A stretch of 64,000 nt of DNA. It comes from Octopus sinensis. Lineage: Eukaryota. Positions 36,166-50,060 of the stretch are shown here, piece by piece. The notes beneath the pieces were generated by a model. The model was not told the DNA's origin, searched no databases, and worked only from the letters and a program-made list of their open reading frames with translations. The first letter of the stretch is position 1. Every line of letters starts with the position of its first letter. Location: contig NC_043003.1 of assembly GCF_006345805.1 (NCBI RefSeq), forward strand, positions 93,248,001 to 93,312,000, read 5' to 3'. A program made the position numbers and the translations under genes.

Positions 36166-38739
36166 GAAACAATTTAATGTACCTGGATCTCTACGAAGTT
36201 AAAGACAGGGGACCACAACTACTTCAAACTTATGAATAAGAGAAAACTAGTGTATGTCTACACAGGTAGAATAACAATTTTAACGGAATGAATTCTTCAT
36301 TGATTTGTTTTGGGGGAAGGGACTTGTGACCTTCGCAGATTCTCCAAGACCGATGAAATCGATGCCGTTATCGTTTCTCCTATTCATTTACAAGTCAGCG
36401 TTTCAAGAGAAATAAATGAACAGAATTATAGAGAGTCGACCTTCATGGTAGGATATTCTAGGATTAATAGTTAATTTGAGAGTTAAGGGGAGAGAGCCAA
36501 TATGGATGATTTGTGGAAGAGAGACAAATGAGTCAAGCGAGCGTGACTGGAATTGGAACGAGACCAAAAAGCTCTTAGGAGAGGGTGTCATTTTAGTATA
36601 AGTAGAAAAATGATGATGGAAACAAAAGTTTGATTATAGTGTGTTGATGAGCGACTTTATTCCAGTCATTTCTTTAGTTGTAGCCTAGACTGTTTGTGTA
36701 TGTAACAGCAATACCATACTATAAGTGGGGGTCTCACTGGAATTTTGTAGACGGTTGATAGGTAACTGTTGTTATGTTAGTAATTGTTAGTTATTTTCTA
36801 GCTGTGAAATGGTAGACCAGCCATTGTGTCTGTGATGAGGTCTTTGCTATGTTGAAGATGCATGTGCTCAACAGGAGAGATTCTCAGCTATAGTGGAGCC
36901 ATAATTGACAAAGCCACATTGTAGGATGTTTTTGAAGTCTTTATTTATAGAATCGGTGCAAACTCTTCATGAGGTGTATAGGTTGCATGCACATGACCCT
37001 TGGATATGAAAGGTTAAGGAAGAATTAATGGTTATATCATCTCTAGAAGTGCCCATTGTTAGAAGTGACTGCAAGCCGGTAGGTGATGTACAGGAGGAAG
37101 AGTTTATATGACAAGATCGAATTTTGGTGCATACCAGATTTGATAGAACGAGCCTGAAAAAAATCCATCAGCACATGCAGTAATTGCGTGATATGGATAG
37201 ATTCAATCGGTCCAAGAGATGGATTATGAGGCTGACGAACTACCGACTCTTCTACCATGAGGGATCCTTGACCTGCAAGAACTAACAATCTAATCTCCTT
37301 CCTTCAAATCCCTCCTTAACACTTTAAACAAAGATATATTTAATAATGTGAACTTAAGAAACGGATAAAGTTAAAATAGTAGCGGTTGAAATGCCTTTGA
37401 TAATGGATCTACTGACTTGGAGCAGGCAACGACAATAATAACGAGAGAGTGTGAAACCTTTGAATGCAACAACCTATATTCAATAGATTGTGAGTAGATT
37501 TAATAATACGAAAGCCGCACAGGTGGTCACCAAGTGATTTAATGTGTTAGAACAAGTTGTTATTAATGGCTGTCTCCAACATTGTTGAGTGGTTGGAAGT
37601 GAAAGCGATGAGACGATCGGTTTCAGAGTTTGAGAGATTCCCTTCTTGGAAATAGGGTACACTGTAGTACATTTCCGAAGATTGGGATATATCTCGAGAG
37701 CGGGAGAGAGATGGAGAGAGAAGGAAATAGAAGGAGGGAGAGAAGGGGAGGGAGAGAGAGAGAGAAATTGAAGAGTTTGATGAGGTTAGGGGACTACTTC
37801 TGGGATATTGTAGGCAATAGGAAGTACGTTGTCAAGGATCGATCGTGACCTTAATTGTTTGAAGGAGCGAGAGATAGTTTCACACATGGTGCATATGACT
37901 GTATGGTTACATTGGTTGCGTTATTATAAAAGCGCCTTGTATAATCGGGAATATCTTAGTACTTATATAAGAATTTGCTCCTTGAAATAAATAGCTTCTT
38001 ACCGCAATGTATCTCTTATTGCTAGTACGCATTTGTAATAAAATGTGTCTTGCATATTACACACCACACACACATACACATATATATATATATGACACTA
38101 CATGCATGCATACATGCATACATATATACATGTGTGTGTGTGTGTGTGTGTTTTCTTTCATCAAACTTCACTCACAAAGGACATCGATCCAACCGAGGCT
38201 ATGCTGGAAGATGCTTCTCCCAATGTACCACGCAATGGGGCCAACATCGTTACAAATTTGTTACAAAGCGAACGTCTCAGCCTAAAAAAGAAGCGCTTAG
38301 TGACATATATGTATGTATTTATGCGTATCGGTTTGACACAGAAGAGTTGTAGTGAGTAACGCAGCTTGTGAGAACACTTGTAAATTGATATTCAACTACG
38401 TGAAACAATTGCAATAAAATAAATGTGATTAAAATTCATGATCAGCCACCTGGAGCAATTTTATGAACCCACCATCAGGCCTCTCACAATGTACTTTTAA
38501 TCAGGCTGCTTACGGCAGAAAAAAACAAGAAAGGTCCTGGTTACGGAACATGGCTCCAGACTTTAAATTCTAACTTTTAACTTTTGTTTCAGTCATTAGA
38601 TTGCGGTCGTATTGGGGCAACGCTTTGAAGGGTTTATTCGAACAAATCGATCCTGGTACTTTTTTTTCCAAGACTGGTACTTATTCAAACGGTCTTTTAT
38701 TGCCGAACTGTTAAATTTCGTTGACGGCAGTGAAAATTC

Positions 38740-40450
38740 CATCTTAAAACGAAACTGATGGAGATTGAGAAAAATCTGAAACACTTCTATGAAAAAGAGA
38801 GAACAGACAAAGAAGCCTAAGTTTCAGAAAATATAAAATCAAAGCCTAAAACTTTCTGTAAGTTTGCCAGAAAAAACTGCCTACAGAGTAGGGCCACTTC
38901 TCCAAAAAGATGGTTTCCTCACAGGAAACCCAATGAGTATAATGAAACACTGAATGATCAATTGAAAAGTGTTTTCCCCTCACACTTACAGCACATGCAA
39001 CTCACCAAACCTGACAAACTTCCGTGCAGGTTGAAGGAAGCAGCAGCGTGGATGCCAAAGACTATAAACCTATCCCTCGGACGTTGCGTATCAGCATAGT
39101 TGTGGGACGGAGAGCCCGAAGGAAACTAATAATGTTCCTGGAAGAAAATCACTTGCTGACTGACATCTGGCATGTTTTCCGACCAGGAAGAAGCTACCTG
39201 ACACAGCTCTAACAACACTATCACTGGGTATTGAAACAGTATTCAATAAAGTCGATCATGGAATTATATGTCACAAACGGCATGATTTCGGCATATTTGG
39301 AGAGTGGCTATATAATTTTCTGCAAGATAGAAATAAGGTAGCAGTAGCCAACGTGGTTATCTCCAAGGAAACACAAATGATGAGTGGTGTGCCACAGGGT
39401 ACTCTCTTGGGGCCACTACCTTTTTATCGTGGCCCTCTCAGATATGCCCTCATCCACTCAGCTACCATCACAATCTATGCATATGGTACAAACTTTTCCC
39501 AAGTAATACAAAATCCTGAAGATGGCATGCACCTAAAACAAAAGTTAGATGCAATATATACGTGGGCTGACAACAATAATACGTATTTTAATACTGGAAG
39601 GTTTCCAAGCTTTACGCTATCAGCAGACAACGTTAAATGCAATACAGACAAAATACACAGGAGTTGGAAGGATCGCAGTTCCAGAATCACAATCAGTCGG
39701 TAACCTGGACATTAATATGAGTAGTGATGCATCCTTCCATGTGCATATTATTAAGATGGTAAGAAAAACAGGCGGTTGATCGAATGAATTCTTAGAACTT
39801 CCAGAACAAAGGTACAGGAAATCACTATACTCTGGAGGATATTTATCCTAAGCTGTCTTGACTATTACTCCCAACTATGGTCACCACACAGTGTGAAATT
39901 AATAGCAGAACTCAAAGCGCCCCAACGAAACCACATGAAAGAGATATCCTCAATGCAACAAATTAGCTACTGGGAAAAACTCAAGAGGTTAAGATTTTAC
40001 TCTGTGGAACGAAGGCGGGAAAGATCAATAGCAATATCCACCCGGAGATCCTGAAAGCACTTGTCTCAAACATTGGTGTTGGAAGTTATATAAACGCCAG
40101 AAAAGGGAACAATTGCATATTGTCTAAAATCCTTCTTCTGTCGTCAAAATGCAAGACCAGGCACTGCAATAGCTTGGTGTTCAAGGGCCCACTGCTCTTC
40201 AATATCCTATCGAAGGATCTGAGAGACCTACATGGTGTGGAGGCAGATATCTTCAAAATTAAACTGGATCATCTATTGTCAAGAATCCCAGAGAAGCCAA
40301 CTTCACGACAGGAAGAAGAAATGAAGGCGCTAGCATCAAATTCCCTCATTCAACAAATACTAACTATTAAAGAATTAATGAAGGGTTAGCAACAACAGGT
40401 GGCGGTGCTCCAGCATGATCACAGCCTTTGAGCTGTAACTCGGAAAATAC
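38740..40450 (+). mobile_element. Decayed CR1-group LINE (RT and C-terminus)
   Basis: HVFRPGRSYLTQL, KVDH, SGVPQGTLLGP, LDYYSQLWSPH, YWEKLKRL..SVERRRE, GPLLFNIL..FKIKLDHLL..IP; stop at 40387-40389. Confidence 0.85.
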
Positions 40451-40518
40451 ACACACAAACATATATGTACATATATATACATATATATATACATGTGTAT
40501 CTGTGTGTTTCTAATATA

Positions 40519-42215
40519 CCGTGTTTCTCCGAAAATAAGATCCGGTCTTATATTAATTTTGCATCCAAAAAACGCACTAGGACTTATTTTCGGGAGATGT
40601 CTTATATTTTTGCGGAAAATATCCAAGAAAGACAAAAAAGTCTCATGTCCTCGTGTAAAAGAAAAAAGAATTATAAAAAGGAAACCCATGTTTTTAGTTA
40701 TCAAAAGTTTATTTATTTGCTTATTATTTTTAGTCAAGTACAATCATTTCGTCTTCTTCTGGAATATCGTTACAAATCATCAAACCCCAACTACAAACTG
40801 AATTTCTTGCAAACCCATTTCCTGTAGAATCATGGACCCAAATCTCTCATGTTTGGCAATATAACTTTCCTTAAATGAACACTTTTTGTTCAAGTACCCT
40901 GTTCATAGTGCATTGGCAACGCAACTGTCGGTAATTTTATTCCATGAATTCTTCACCGAATTCAAGACTTCCTGGAGATTGGGTTTGACAAAGTTTCCAC
41001 GCTGATTTCTCTCCATTCTATGTTCGATATATTTATTCACTTCCATCCGCAAATAATTTTTGACGGGCTTGTTTATTACAAGATCTAATGTTTGTAGATA
41101 TGGAGCTATTCCCGCAGGAATCATTATGTGGTCAATTTTTCTTTCAGAAAGGAAGATTTTCATATCTTTTGCGCGATTAGTACTGGCTGAATCTCAGACT
41201 AAAAGACCTCTTTGAAAACCACGTAAAACAAGTGACATAGTTAAATCAACCCATTTTCTTATTGTGTGCACCAAGCCTTTTCCATTTAAAGGATATGAAT
41301 ACCCAAAACTCGTTCTATTTTCCCTTCTTGGCCATTTATTATGATAAGCGGTGGGACTTTTGTTCCATCAAGACGAATTGCTAAAATACAAGTAACTCTT
41401 GCACTTTCGTAACACGTTGAGGCAACGTAGATTGACGAGGCACCTGTCTGTTTAATTGTCGTTTTAGATCCTTGGCCCATAAATACTGCAGTCTCATCCA
41501 TAGCAATTGTATTGGAGAGATTGTATTTAGAAAAGTCGATGCCATCAATGAAGGACTTGAATGCAAGTGCACGTTGAATCACTTCAGCATCCTCCAGCTT
41601 GAACAGTTTTGTCGATCTTCTTAGAGAGAGCTCATATCGCCGAAGGAAGTTATCCAACCAATGAGGTAATGCTTTGAATATCTCTGCGGGTATATACCCA
41701 AATGTGGTGCCATTGCAAGAGAAATTCTTGAATATCAGCCCTGCGTAGAACCAAAGCCTTTGTACTTCTATCAGCAATCCATCTTGAGGTAATATGTTCC
41801 AGCTCCGAAAATAACGGTTGTCTACTTGATCCACACTTGTGCTTCATAGCACTTCCCTCATCCACCTGTCTGCTGAAACTATCGTACTCTGCTCACCATT
41901 TTCGAACCACTCGGTGACCCAACATCTTACAGAAAGCCGTAAGATTCTTGTCATGACTCTTCCACAATTCCTTTCTTGTACTCCACGGAATAACTATTTC
42001 TTTTTGCACTCATCTTACCTGGAGAACAAGTGAGTCAACTACTTTAGCCAAGCTATGTTTATTGGTTTATTTTGCAAACATCACATGGTCTTGTTAACAA
42101 GCTGATGCATTTTTGACTAGGCTTTATTTTCGGGGTAAGGCTTATATTAAGAACATCCTGAAAAATCATGGTAGGGCTTATTTTCGGAGTAGGTCTTATT
42201 TTCGGGGAAACACGG
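40519..42215 (-). mobile_element. pogo/Tc2-like DNA transposon with both TIRs, about 1.7 kb
   Basis: TA|ccgtgtttctccgaaaataaga ... tcttattttcggggaaacacgg|TA, with repeated subterminal cttatttt motifs. Confidence 0.93.
40780..42013 (-). pseudogene. pogo-like transposase (CENP-B-type HTH plus DDE), frameshifted
   Basis: MSAKRNSYSVEYKK, PLFSELE..WI, WLDNFLRRYELSLRRST, MDETAVF, DGTKVPPLII, IPAG..YLQTLDLVINKPVK. Confidence 0.88.
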
Positions 42216-42435
42216 TATGTATGTATGTATGTATGTATTATTTTATTATTTTACTTGTTTCAGTCATTTGACTGCAGCCGTGTTATGTATGTAGATATGT
42301 GTGTCTCTTTGTGTTTGTATTTGACCATTCTCATACTTTGACAACCAATGTTGGTTTATTTACGTCGAGGTGACAAAGCGATTCGGCAAAAAAGACTGAT
42401 AGAATAAGTGCGTGTGTGCGTGTGTGTGTGTGTGT

Positions 42436-42753
42436 GAAGGCGCATGGCTCAGTGGTTAGAGCGTCGAGCTTACGATCGGAGATTGTGAGTTCGAATCCCA
42501 GACCGGGCTGCGTGCTGTGTTCTTGAGCAAGACACTTTATTTCCCGTTGCTCCAGTTCACTCAGCTGTAGAAATAAGGTGCCAAGCTGTATCTCCTGTTG
42601 CCTTTCTCTTGGATGACACCGGTGGCGCGGAGAGGGGAGGCCGGTATGCATGGACGACTGCTGGTCTTCCATAAACAACCTTGCCCGGGAGGGTAACTTT
42701 CTAGGTGCAATCCCACGGTCATGCAATCCTTCAGTCATGACCGAAGGGGGTCT

Positions 42754-42755
<2 letters not shown>
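42436..42755 (+). mobile_element. tRNA(Arg-like)-derived SINE (family R)
   Basis: A-box tggctcagtgg, B-box gagttcgaatcc, CORE-like gttcttgagcaagacactt, tail ..gaccgaagggggtctc. Confidence 0.85.
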
Positions 42756-42806
<51 letters not shown>

Positions 42807-42810
42807 TATA

Positions 42811-42968
42811 TACTCTTTACTCTCTTTTACTCTTTTACTTGTTTCAGTCATTTGACTGCGGCCATGCTGGAGCACCGCCTTTAGTCGAGCAACTCGACCC
42901 CGGGACTTATTCTTTTGTAAGCCCAGTACTTATTCTATCGGTCTCTTTTGCCGAACCGCTAAGTAACG
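42811..42968 (-). mobile_element. Family A SINE tail
   Basis: Matches the family A 3' region. Confidence 0.85.
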
Positions 42969-43275
42969 CACACACGCACGCAGGGTGGCATACGTGAGAC
43001 CAAGCCATATATATGTATACATGTATACAAATATATGTACAAATATATGAATGCGCGCGAGCGTGTGTGTGCGTGTGCATATATACATGCATAAATACAT
43101 ACTTTGGAGTTTCCCCGTTAAAACTGACTTTTCAAAAAAAATTGAGAAACCAGTTTTGGCGTCGAAACTTCGTATAAACAGGGTCTATTTAGTATTAAAT
43201 ATCTTTTATATATAATTATGTGTATTTATCTATATATACATACATAAATACATACATATATACATATATGTATGT

Positions 43276-43316
<41 letters not shown>

Positions 43317-44811
43317 TACACACTCCCACAGATACACACTCACACACATATACACACTCCCACATATACACACTCCCACATATACACACACATACACACT
43401 CACACACATATATACACACACATACACACTCACACACATACATACACACACATACACATACAAATAATCGCGCTTAAAATAAACAAAATTGATAGCAAGT
43501 TTTGATTGGCTATTGAAAGAAACCCGTTAGACCTTGTTTGCTGAAATGTCTGATTTCAAAGAAATTCCATGAAAGTATAGATCGAAATGTAGTAGGTGTA
43601 GATGAGAATGATTACAATGACTAGAAAAAAATCATAACTATAAAATATAATAAATGCATACAGAAAAATTCGCATGTATGGTGAAAGGCCGTGTGAACCA
43701 TAACGTTTATAGAATAAAGCATGCATACAGTTAAATCAGAAACAAAACATTGAAAAGTATTAAAAATGCAAATCGTTGACTACAAAACGAAATATATAAT
43801 GGCAATGATCAGAAATCAGATTATGAGAATATATGAAGAAAATTTTGTCCGTGAGAGCCATAAAAATGATCGAAAAATGTATGCATTCGATGAAATTTCA
43901 AAGTGATTAAATTGAAAATAAAATATAACAAAGAAAGGAGATTTGTGTTAAAAAGTTAAGTATCCTTCTTATAGTAATAATATGCCATATGTATTTGCGT
44001 TTGTAGTGACTTTGTATTTATACGCCGAACTTCTCAATACATAACAAGCAGTGCAATACGTACAAACAAAACACGGTTATACATAAGAACTCAACCTGTA
44101 CAGAAAAATCAACACATGCATGTACATAGATATACGCAGAAAGTCCCATATAAGCATTCATAAAACGATGAACACATGTTGAAACTATTGACTTATTTAA
44201 AACGTGAAATGTTGAAAATAGTAAGAAGCAATAAAAATTGTGGTCTGACAGAGTAAAACAAAGTTACATGGATTATGACATTACTAATTAAGGTTGAGTA
44301 TAAGGACAGAAACTATTTAGAGAGACGAAGAAAAAATTCAGATCCTAAAATTCAACCTGTATGAATTTTGTGAACGAACGAACAGCTTTTCACACGAGCA
44401 CACAGAGAGGAAAGCTTCGCTTTGGAACTTTCATGGTGATACGAAAAGGGATTGACTTGAGGTTGGCTAAATAATATAGAGTGTATATTGGTATGTTTCT
44501 TTCAAAAGTCAATTGCTATTCAATATTTCTAACTTCCCTTCATTGTTAACAGAAGAATGCTGGCATTGATAGAACATGAAGAACAAAGTTAAATCAAACC
44601 CAGTATGAGGTTTCGATCTTGACACATGGCTGGCTCATAGCAATAATCAAATGGTTTGTCAAGCAATTGCCATCAACAAGGAAATCTTCGGAATTGACAT
44701 CGTTTCAGATATGCATATGATGTGAATTAATTGTATTTGAGAGCCGTTCATTAATAAAATGATTTAAGAAATATGAAGAAGTTACACGATGAATACTTCA
44801 CTTTAATGTGT

Positions 44812-45213
44812 ATGTGGCTGTGTGGTAAGTAGCTTGCTAACCAACCACATGGTTCCGGGTTCAATCCCACTGCGTGGCATCTTGGGCAAGTGTCTTCTGC
44901 TATAGCCCCGGGCCGACCGATACCTTGTGAGTGGATTTGGTAGACGGAAACTGAAAGAATCCTGTCGTGTATATGTATATATATATATATGTGTGTGTGT
45001 ATGTGTTTATGTGTATGTGTTTGTCCCCCTAGCATTGCTTGACAACCGATGCTGGTGTTTACGTCCCCGTCACTTAGCGGTTCGGCAAAAAGAGACCGAT
45101 AGAATAAGTACTGGGCTTACAAAGAATAAGTCCCGGTGTCGATTTGCTCGACTAAAGGCGGTGCTCCAGCATGGCCGCAGTCAAATGACTGAAACAAGTA
45201 AAAGAATAAAAGA
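44812..45213 (+). mobile_element. Family A SINE, near full length
   Basis: Head, CORE-like cttgggcaagtgtcttc, internal microsatellite and tail. Confidence 0.9.
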
Positions 45214-45816
45214 ATATGTATATGTACACATACAGATGCATGCACATTCTTTTATTCTTTTACTTGCTTCAGTCATTTCTCTGCGGCCATACTGGAGTAC
45301 CGCCTTGAAGGGTTTTAGTCGAACTTGGGAATTCAAAATTTCAGGTTTCGGTACAGAATGTTTTTAATTTACTCATAGAGGCAGCCTGATTCCAAAATGG
45401 TATGATATGTTGGACTACGGCCTCTAGGAGTAAAGTTGAAATAGTGTGACACATTGAGTCAGTTAGGGTTAGGGTTATACACTAGCTTAAAAGCCGCCCT
45501 ATCTTTTAAGCTAGTACATACATACATACATACATACATCATACATACATACATGCATACATGCATACATACATACATACATACATACATACATACATAC
45601 ATACATACATACTTATATATCTATTCTGGGTGGGACAAGTTCATCAGAACATGGTGAGGTTACTTATAATAAAGAAGTCAAAATTAAAAGTCTATAAGCT
45701 GGGTGAACCAAAATACATTTTGTCGAACTATGTCGAGTTGTGGATTAAATACAAACACAGATAGTTAGACACACACACATATATACTGATATAGGTGCAG
45801 GAGTGGCTGTGTGAAA

Positions 45817-45988
45817 AGGCGCAGGAGTGGCTGTGTGGTAAGTAGCTTGCTAACCAACCACATGGTTCCGGGTTCACTCCCACTGCGTGGCATGTTGGGC
45901 AAGTGTCTTCTGCTATAGCCCCGGGCCGACCAAAGCCTTGTGAGTGGATTTGGTAGACGGAAGCTAAAAGAAGCCTGTCGTATATATG

Positions 45989-46019
<31 letters not shown>

Positions 46020-46227
46020 TTGTGTGTCTGTGTTTGTCCCCTTAGCATTGCTTGACAACCGATGCTGGTGTGTTTATGTCCCCGTTACTTAGCGGTTCGG
46101 CAAAAGAGACCGATAGAATAAGTACTGGCTTACAAAAGAATAGGTCCCGGGGTCGCGTTGCTCGACTAAAGGCGGTGCTCCAGCATGGCCGCAGTCAAAT
46201 GACTGAAACAAGTAAAAGAGTAAAAGA

Positions 46228-46228
<1 letters not shown>
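45817..46228 (+). mobile_element. Family A SINE, full length, with about 24 bp of the 5' end duplicated at 45793
   Basis: Same organisation as 44812-45213. Confidence 0.9.
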
Positions 46229-46268
<40 letters not shown>

Positions 46269-46270
<2 letters not shown>

Positions 46271-46587
46271 AGACCCCCTTCGGTCATGACTGAAGGATTG
46301 CATGACCGTGGGATTGCACCTAGAAAGTTTCCCTCCGGGCAAGGTTGTTTATGGAAGACCAGCAGTCGTCCATGCATACCGGCCTCCCCTCTCCGCGCCA
46401 CCGGTGTCATCCAAGAGAAAGGCAACAGAAGATACAGCTTGGCACCTTATTTCTACAACTGAGTGAACTGGAGCAACGGGAAATAAAGTGTCTTGCTCAA
46501 GAACACAGCACGCAGCCCGGTCTGGGATTCGAACTCACAATCTCCGATCGTAAGCTCGACGCTCTAACCACTGAGCCATGCGCCTTC
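46269..46587 (-). mobile_element. Family R SINE, inverted near-identical copy of 42436-42755
   Basis: Reverse-complement match with only a few differences. Confidence 0.9.
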
Positions 46588-46731
46588 ACACACATACACA
46601 GACGCACACACGCACGCACATATATATATACATACATACATACATACATACATACATACATACATACATACATACATACATACGTACGTACATACATACA
46701 TATACATACACACCAAACTAAACACATAAAT

Positions 46732-46988
46732 GTGAAACAAAGTGAGAAAAATTAGTACTCGACTACCGGAGGTAGAGTAATATGCTTTATTATCATTAAA
46801 GCTACAAAAACATCACAACCCCACCCTACAAAATACTGCTAATCAGAGTTTCACGTTCCCGCTTGTAGGACAGTTCAGGCTGAGAATTCTCAATCTCAAC
46901 TGTCCGACGAACGGGAAAGTGAAACTCTGAGCAGCAGTTTTTTGTGATATTTTTGGTTTGATTTTGCTGCTTTAATAATAATAAAGTG

Positions 46989-46990
<2 letters not shown>
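46732..46990. mobile_element. Foldback element with a degenerate hammerhead motif in each arm
   Basis: Plus 46900-46937: ctgt-CCGACGA-acgggaaagt-GAAA-ctc/t/gag-CA-gcag. Minus 46836-46873: ctgt-CCTACAA-gcgggaacgt-GAAA-ctctgat-TA-gcag. Confidence 0.7.
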
Positions 46991-47020
<30 letters not shown>

Positions 47021-47045
47021 ATATATATACATGTGTGTGTGTGTC

Positions 47046-47122
<77 letters not shown>

Positions 47123-47967
47123 ATACATATGTATGCATACCTAAATATATACATGCATATATGTACATAGATATAAGCATCCATTCACGCGCGCACACAC
47201 ACACACACAGTAGATATGTATAATTAGACTTTAGAGACGTTACTGAAAACCTGTTTATTATAAAGAGCCTCCTACCTGATAGGAAACAAACTTTTTAATG
47301 TAATGGGTACAATAAATAGAACACACTAGCTTTGACTATTGCAGTTTTAAGCAAACCACACCCATAGGCCGCCTACACAAGAAAAATAAGAATGCACAAT
47401 ATAAAATCCTATATGGACAGGTGAGAGGAACTTTTTTTGTTACTGCAGTAAGTCTGCGGCCTATATTACTACATATTCAAGTCAGCTAGACGCATCTCTA
47501 ACTAAATATGTCTATAAAGTGGATGCATCTATAAGTAATCATATACAGCTTTTATTCAGAAACGTCTACAACACCCAGCTATTTTATATGGTGGTCGTAA
47601 AGCCTTTAGACAGACTCATATTCAATCAGCGGAAGAAAAAATAACACAAACAAGAATATTAGTGATAGAGCCCTGCCTTCTCCCAGAAATATAAGTGATT
47701 CTTTCCATGTATCCAGACTTTATAGTCCCCTGTACAACACCCAGGTTATGATTAGAGCCAACCGCTGATCTAAGCAGTTCCAAAATGGCGCTCTTTTGAC
47801 CATTCGCTTTTCTTAGGTAGACCATCTCCCAAGACAGACCCCACAATATTTTTAATATACGTTTTCGTTTTTTAATTTAATTTATTTAACATCAAACAAT
47901 AAAAGCAGTTATTCATTTACAACTAGGGCAACAAACAAAATACCAAATTTCAACTGATTTTTATTCA

Positions 47968-48053
<86 letters not shown>

Positions 48054-48320
48054 AGAGAGGAGAGTGTGAGAGAGAGAAGGAAAGAGAGGAAGGGAGATAG
48101 ATAGATAGATATATTGTTTTAGCTTGTTATTTACTCCTCGATAAATCCGCCAATGATTGGGTTATCTAGGCCTGAACACTAGTGCAATGAACAATCCAGA
48201 ATATGAATAGAACAATACCTTTAGAACACTACCACTTTTATTTAGTTCGGAAAAAAGTAAAACAATAAAAAAAACCCTTAGCTTAACACACATACATACA
48301 CAAGCACGCACGCGCGCACG

Positions 48321-48380
<60 letters not shown>

Positions 48381-49074
48381 CACACGTATACACACACGCG
48401 ATAACTTGATTAAATACGAATACTGTGTTGCAATACATTCCTCCAGAAATAGGAGCAGAGGACAACAATTGACTTCCATATAGTCTCTCTTGACCGAATT
48501 CATTCACACATCAATAGTTTGTCTGGGGTCATAGTAGAAAAAACTTGCCCAAGGTGCCACGTATGAGGACAGAACCGAAACTACGTGGTCGGGAAGCGAT
48601 TTTCTTATTACTCAACCATATTTACGCTTATAAACTGTTTGAACACTGAGAAAACCATCTTACGAAACCAGATATTCTTCAGATCACACAATGTTCAACA
48701 TTGTTGGATGTGGAAAGTTGTGCGGTTTTCGTTATCACTATCCAAAACATGCCATAGATAGGAGTGTAAAAGTCAAATTCTTTTGGCCATTTTTGTGAGT
48801 TAAATTTACTGGGTCGACTTGCATATAAATACTACTTTTGAGGGGCTGAAATTCACGCTAGAATCCAAATACCATATCAGTAGCAGAAGCCCACATAATT
48901 ACTAAACAAATAAACAATGAATTGTCGTAATAATACCGATTTTACGCACCAAAACACATATCCTACTTAATAATATCAACCATAAATAAGGTCATGTAAC
49001 ACATAGATATTTGTACTTGCTCTTTGACTCGCATCTGTCGCAATTAATAGACTAACTAAGTGACATAAATTTTC

Positions 49075-50060
49075 TAGAGGCACTCGTTAGTCTTGCGAGA
49101 ATCAGGGATCTGCGCATGGAAAGTCTTGCTTCTGTCTTGTTAGCAGAGTCACATCTGCTGCAAATAGAGACCATCGTGTGAATGACAGTCTCAGATGCAT
49201 TAACAGCATTTGAAGAACACTGTCTGCCAGTCTTGATCTGGTGTTTTTTTCTCAATTTATTTTCCTTCATTTGCAAGCCTCAACCACTTCTCTCGACTTC
49301 AGCCATTTTTCTAATTCCAGTCTCTAGTGGGTGGGAGCTGTCATCAATAATGTCCTCTCACGTTTCAACGTTCATATAAAGGGACTTCGTGTCTCCCATG
49401 GATACATCTTTGAAATAAATTTAGAAGTCGTCCTTGTATTCTCCTGTCGGAGACCAGTTCAGCATATAGCAGGCCTTTTGGGAACCTCTCATTTCACATG
49501 CGGTGTACAAGACACATTCAGCAGAGGCATCGTTGTTGCAGTGGGATGATGAGGCTGGGTACCTATGCGCCATCCTGAACTTCATTGTCGGTGACACCCT
49601 CTGGTCACTTGAAGTTCAGAATGAATCTCAAGTTGCGTAGGTGAAGGAGATTGAGACATTACTCTTGTCTGGAATAGATGCTCCGGGTCTCACTGCCATA
49701 AAGCAATGTTCCGAGGATACAAAATCCGTAGACTGCAGCCTTTGTGTGCATTTAACTTATTATTCTCCCAACTCTTGTTGTCAACCTAGCTAATTATGAG
49801 ACTGCCCTTCCAATACATATATTGATCTCAGATTCTAGAAAGAGGTTGTTCGTGATGGTCGAGATATGTGAATTGGTGAACTACCTCAAGCTAGTAGTAG
49901 ATAGTAATGGTAGAGGAATGCTCAGCACCTCGCTCTTTTTCCATCTTCTTCAGACTAATGATCAAGCCAAAGTCTCTAAACTATTGTATGCCATCGGCTT
50001 ACCGTAATAATATGCATATGGCCGATACCTGTTCGACCATTGGTGTATTTAATAATACCT
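49075..50060 (-). mobile_element. Decayed RTE (BovB-like) LINE 3' part
   Basis: FGLIISLKK, KAAVYGFCILGTLLYGSET, HLRNLRFIL..VTDNEV, LYAEL..GR. Confidence 0.82.
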
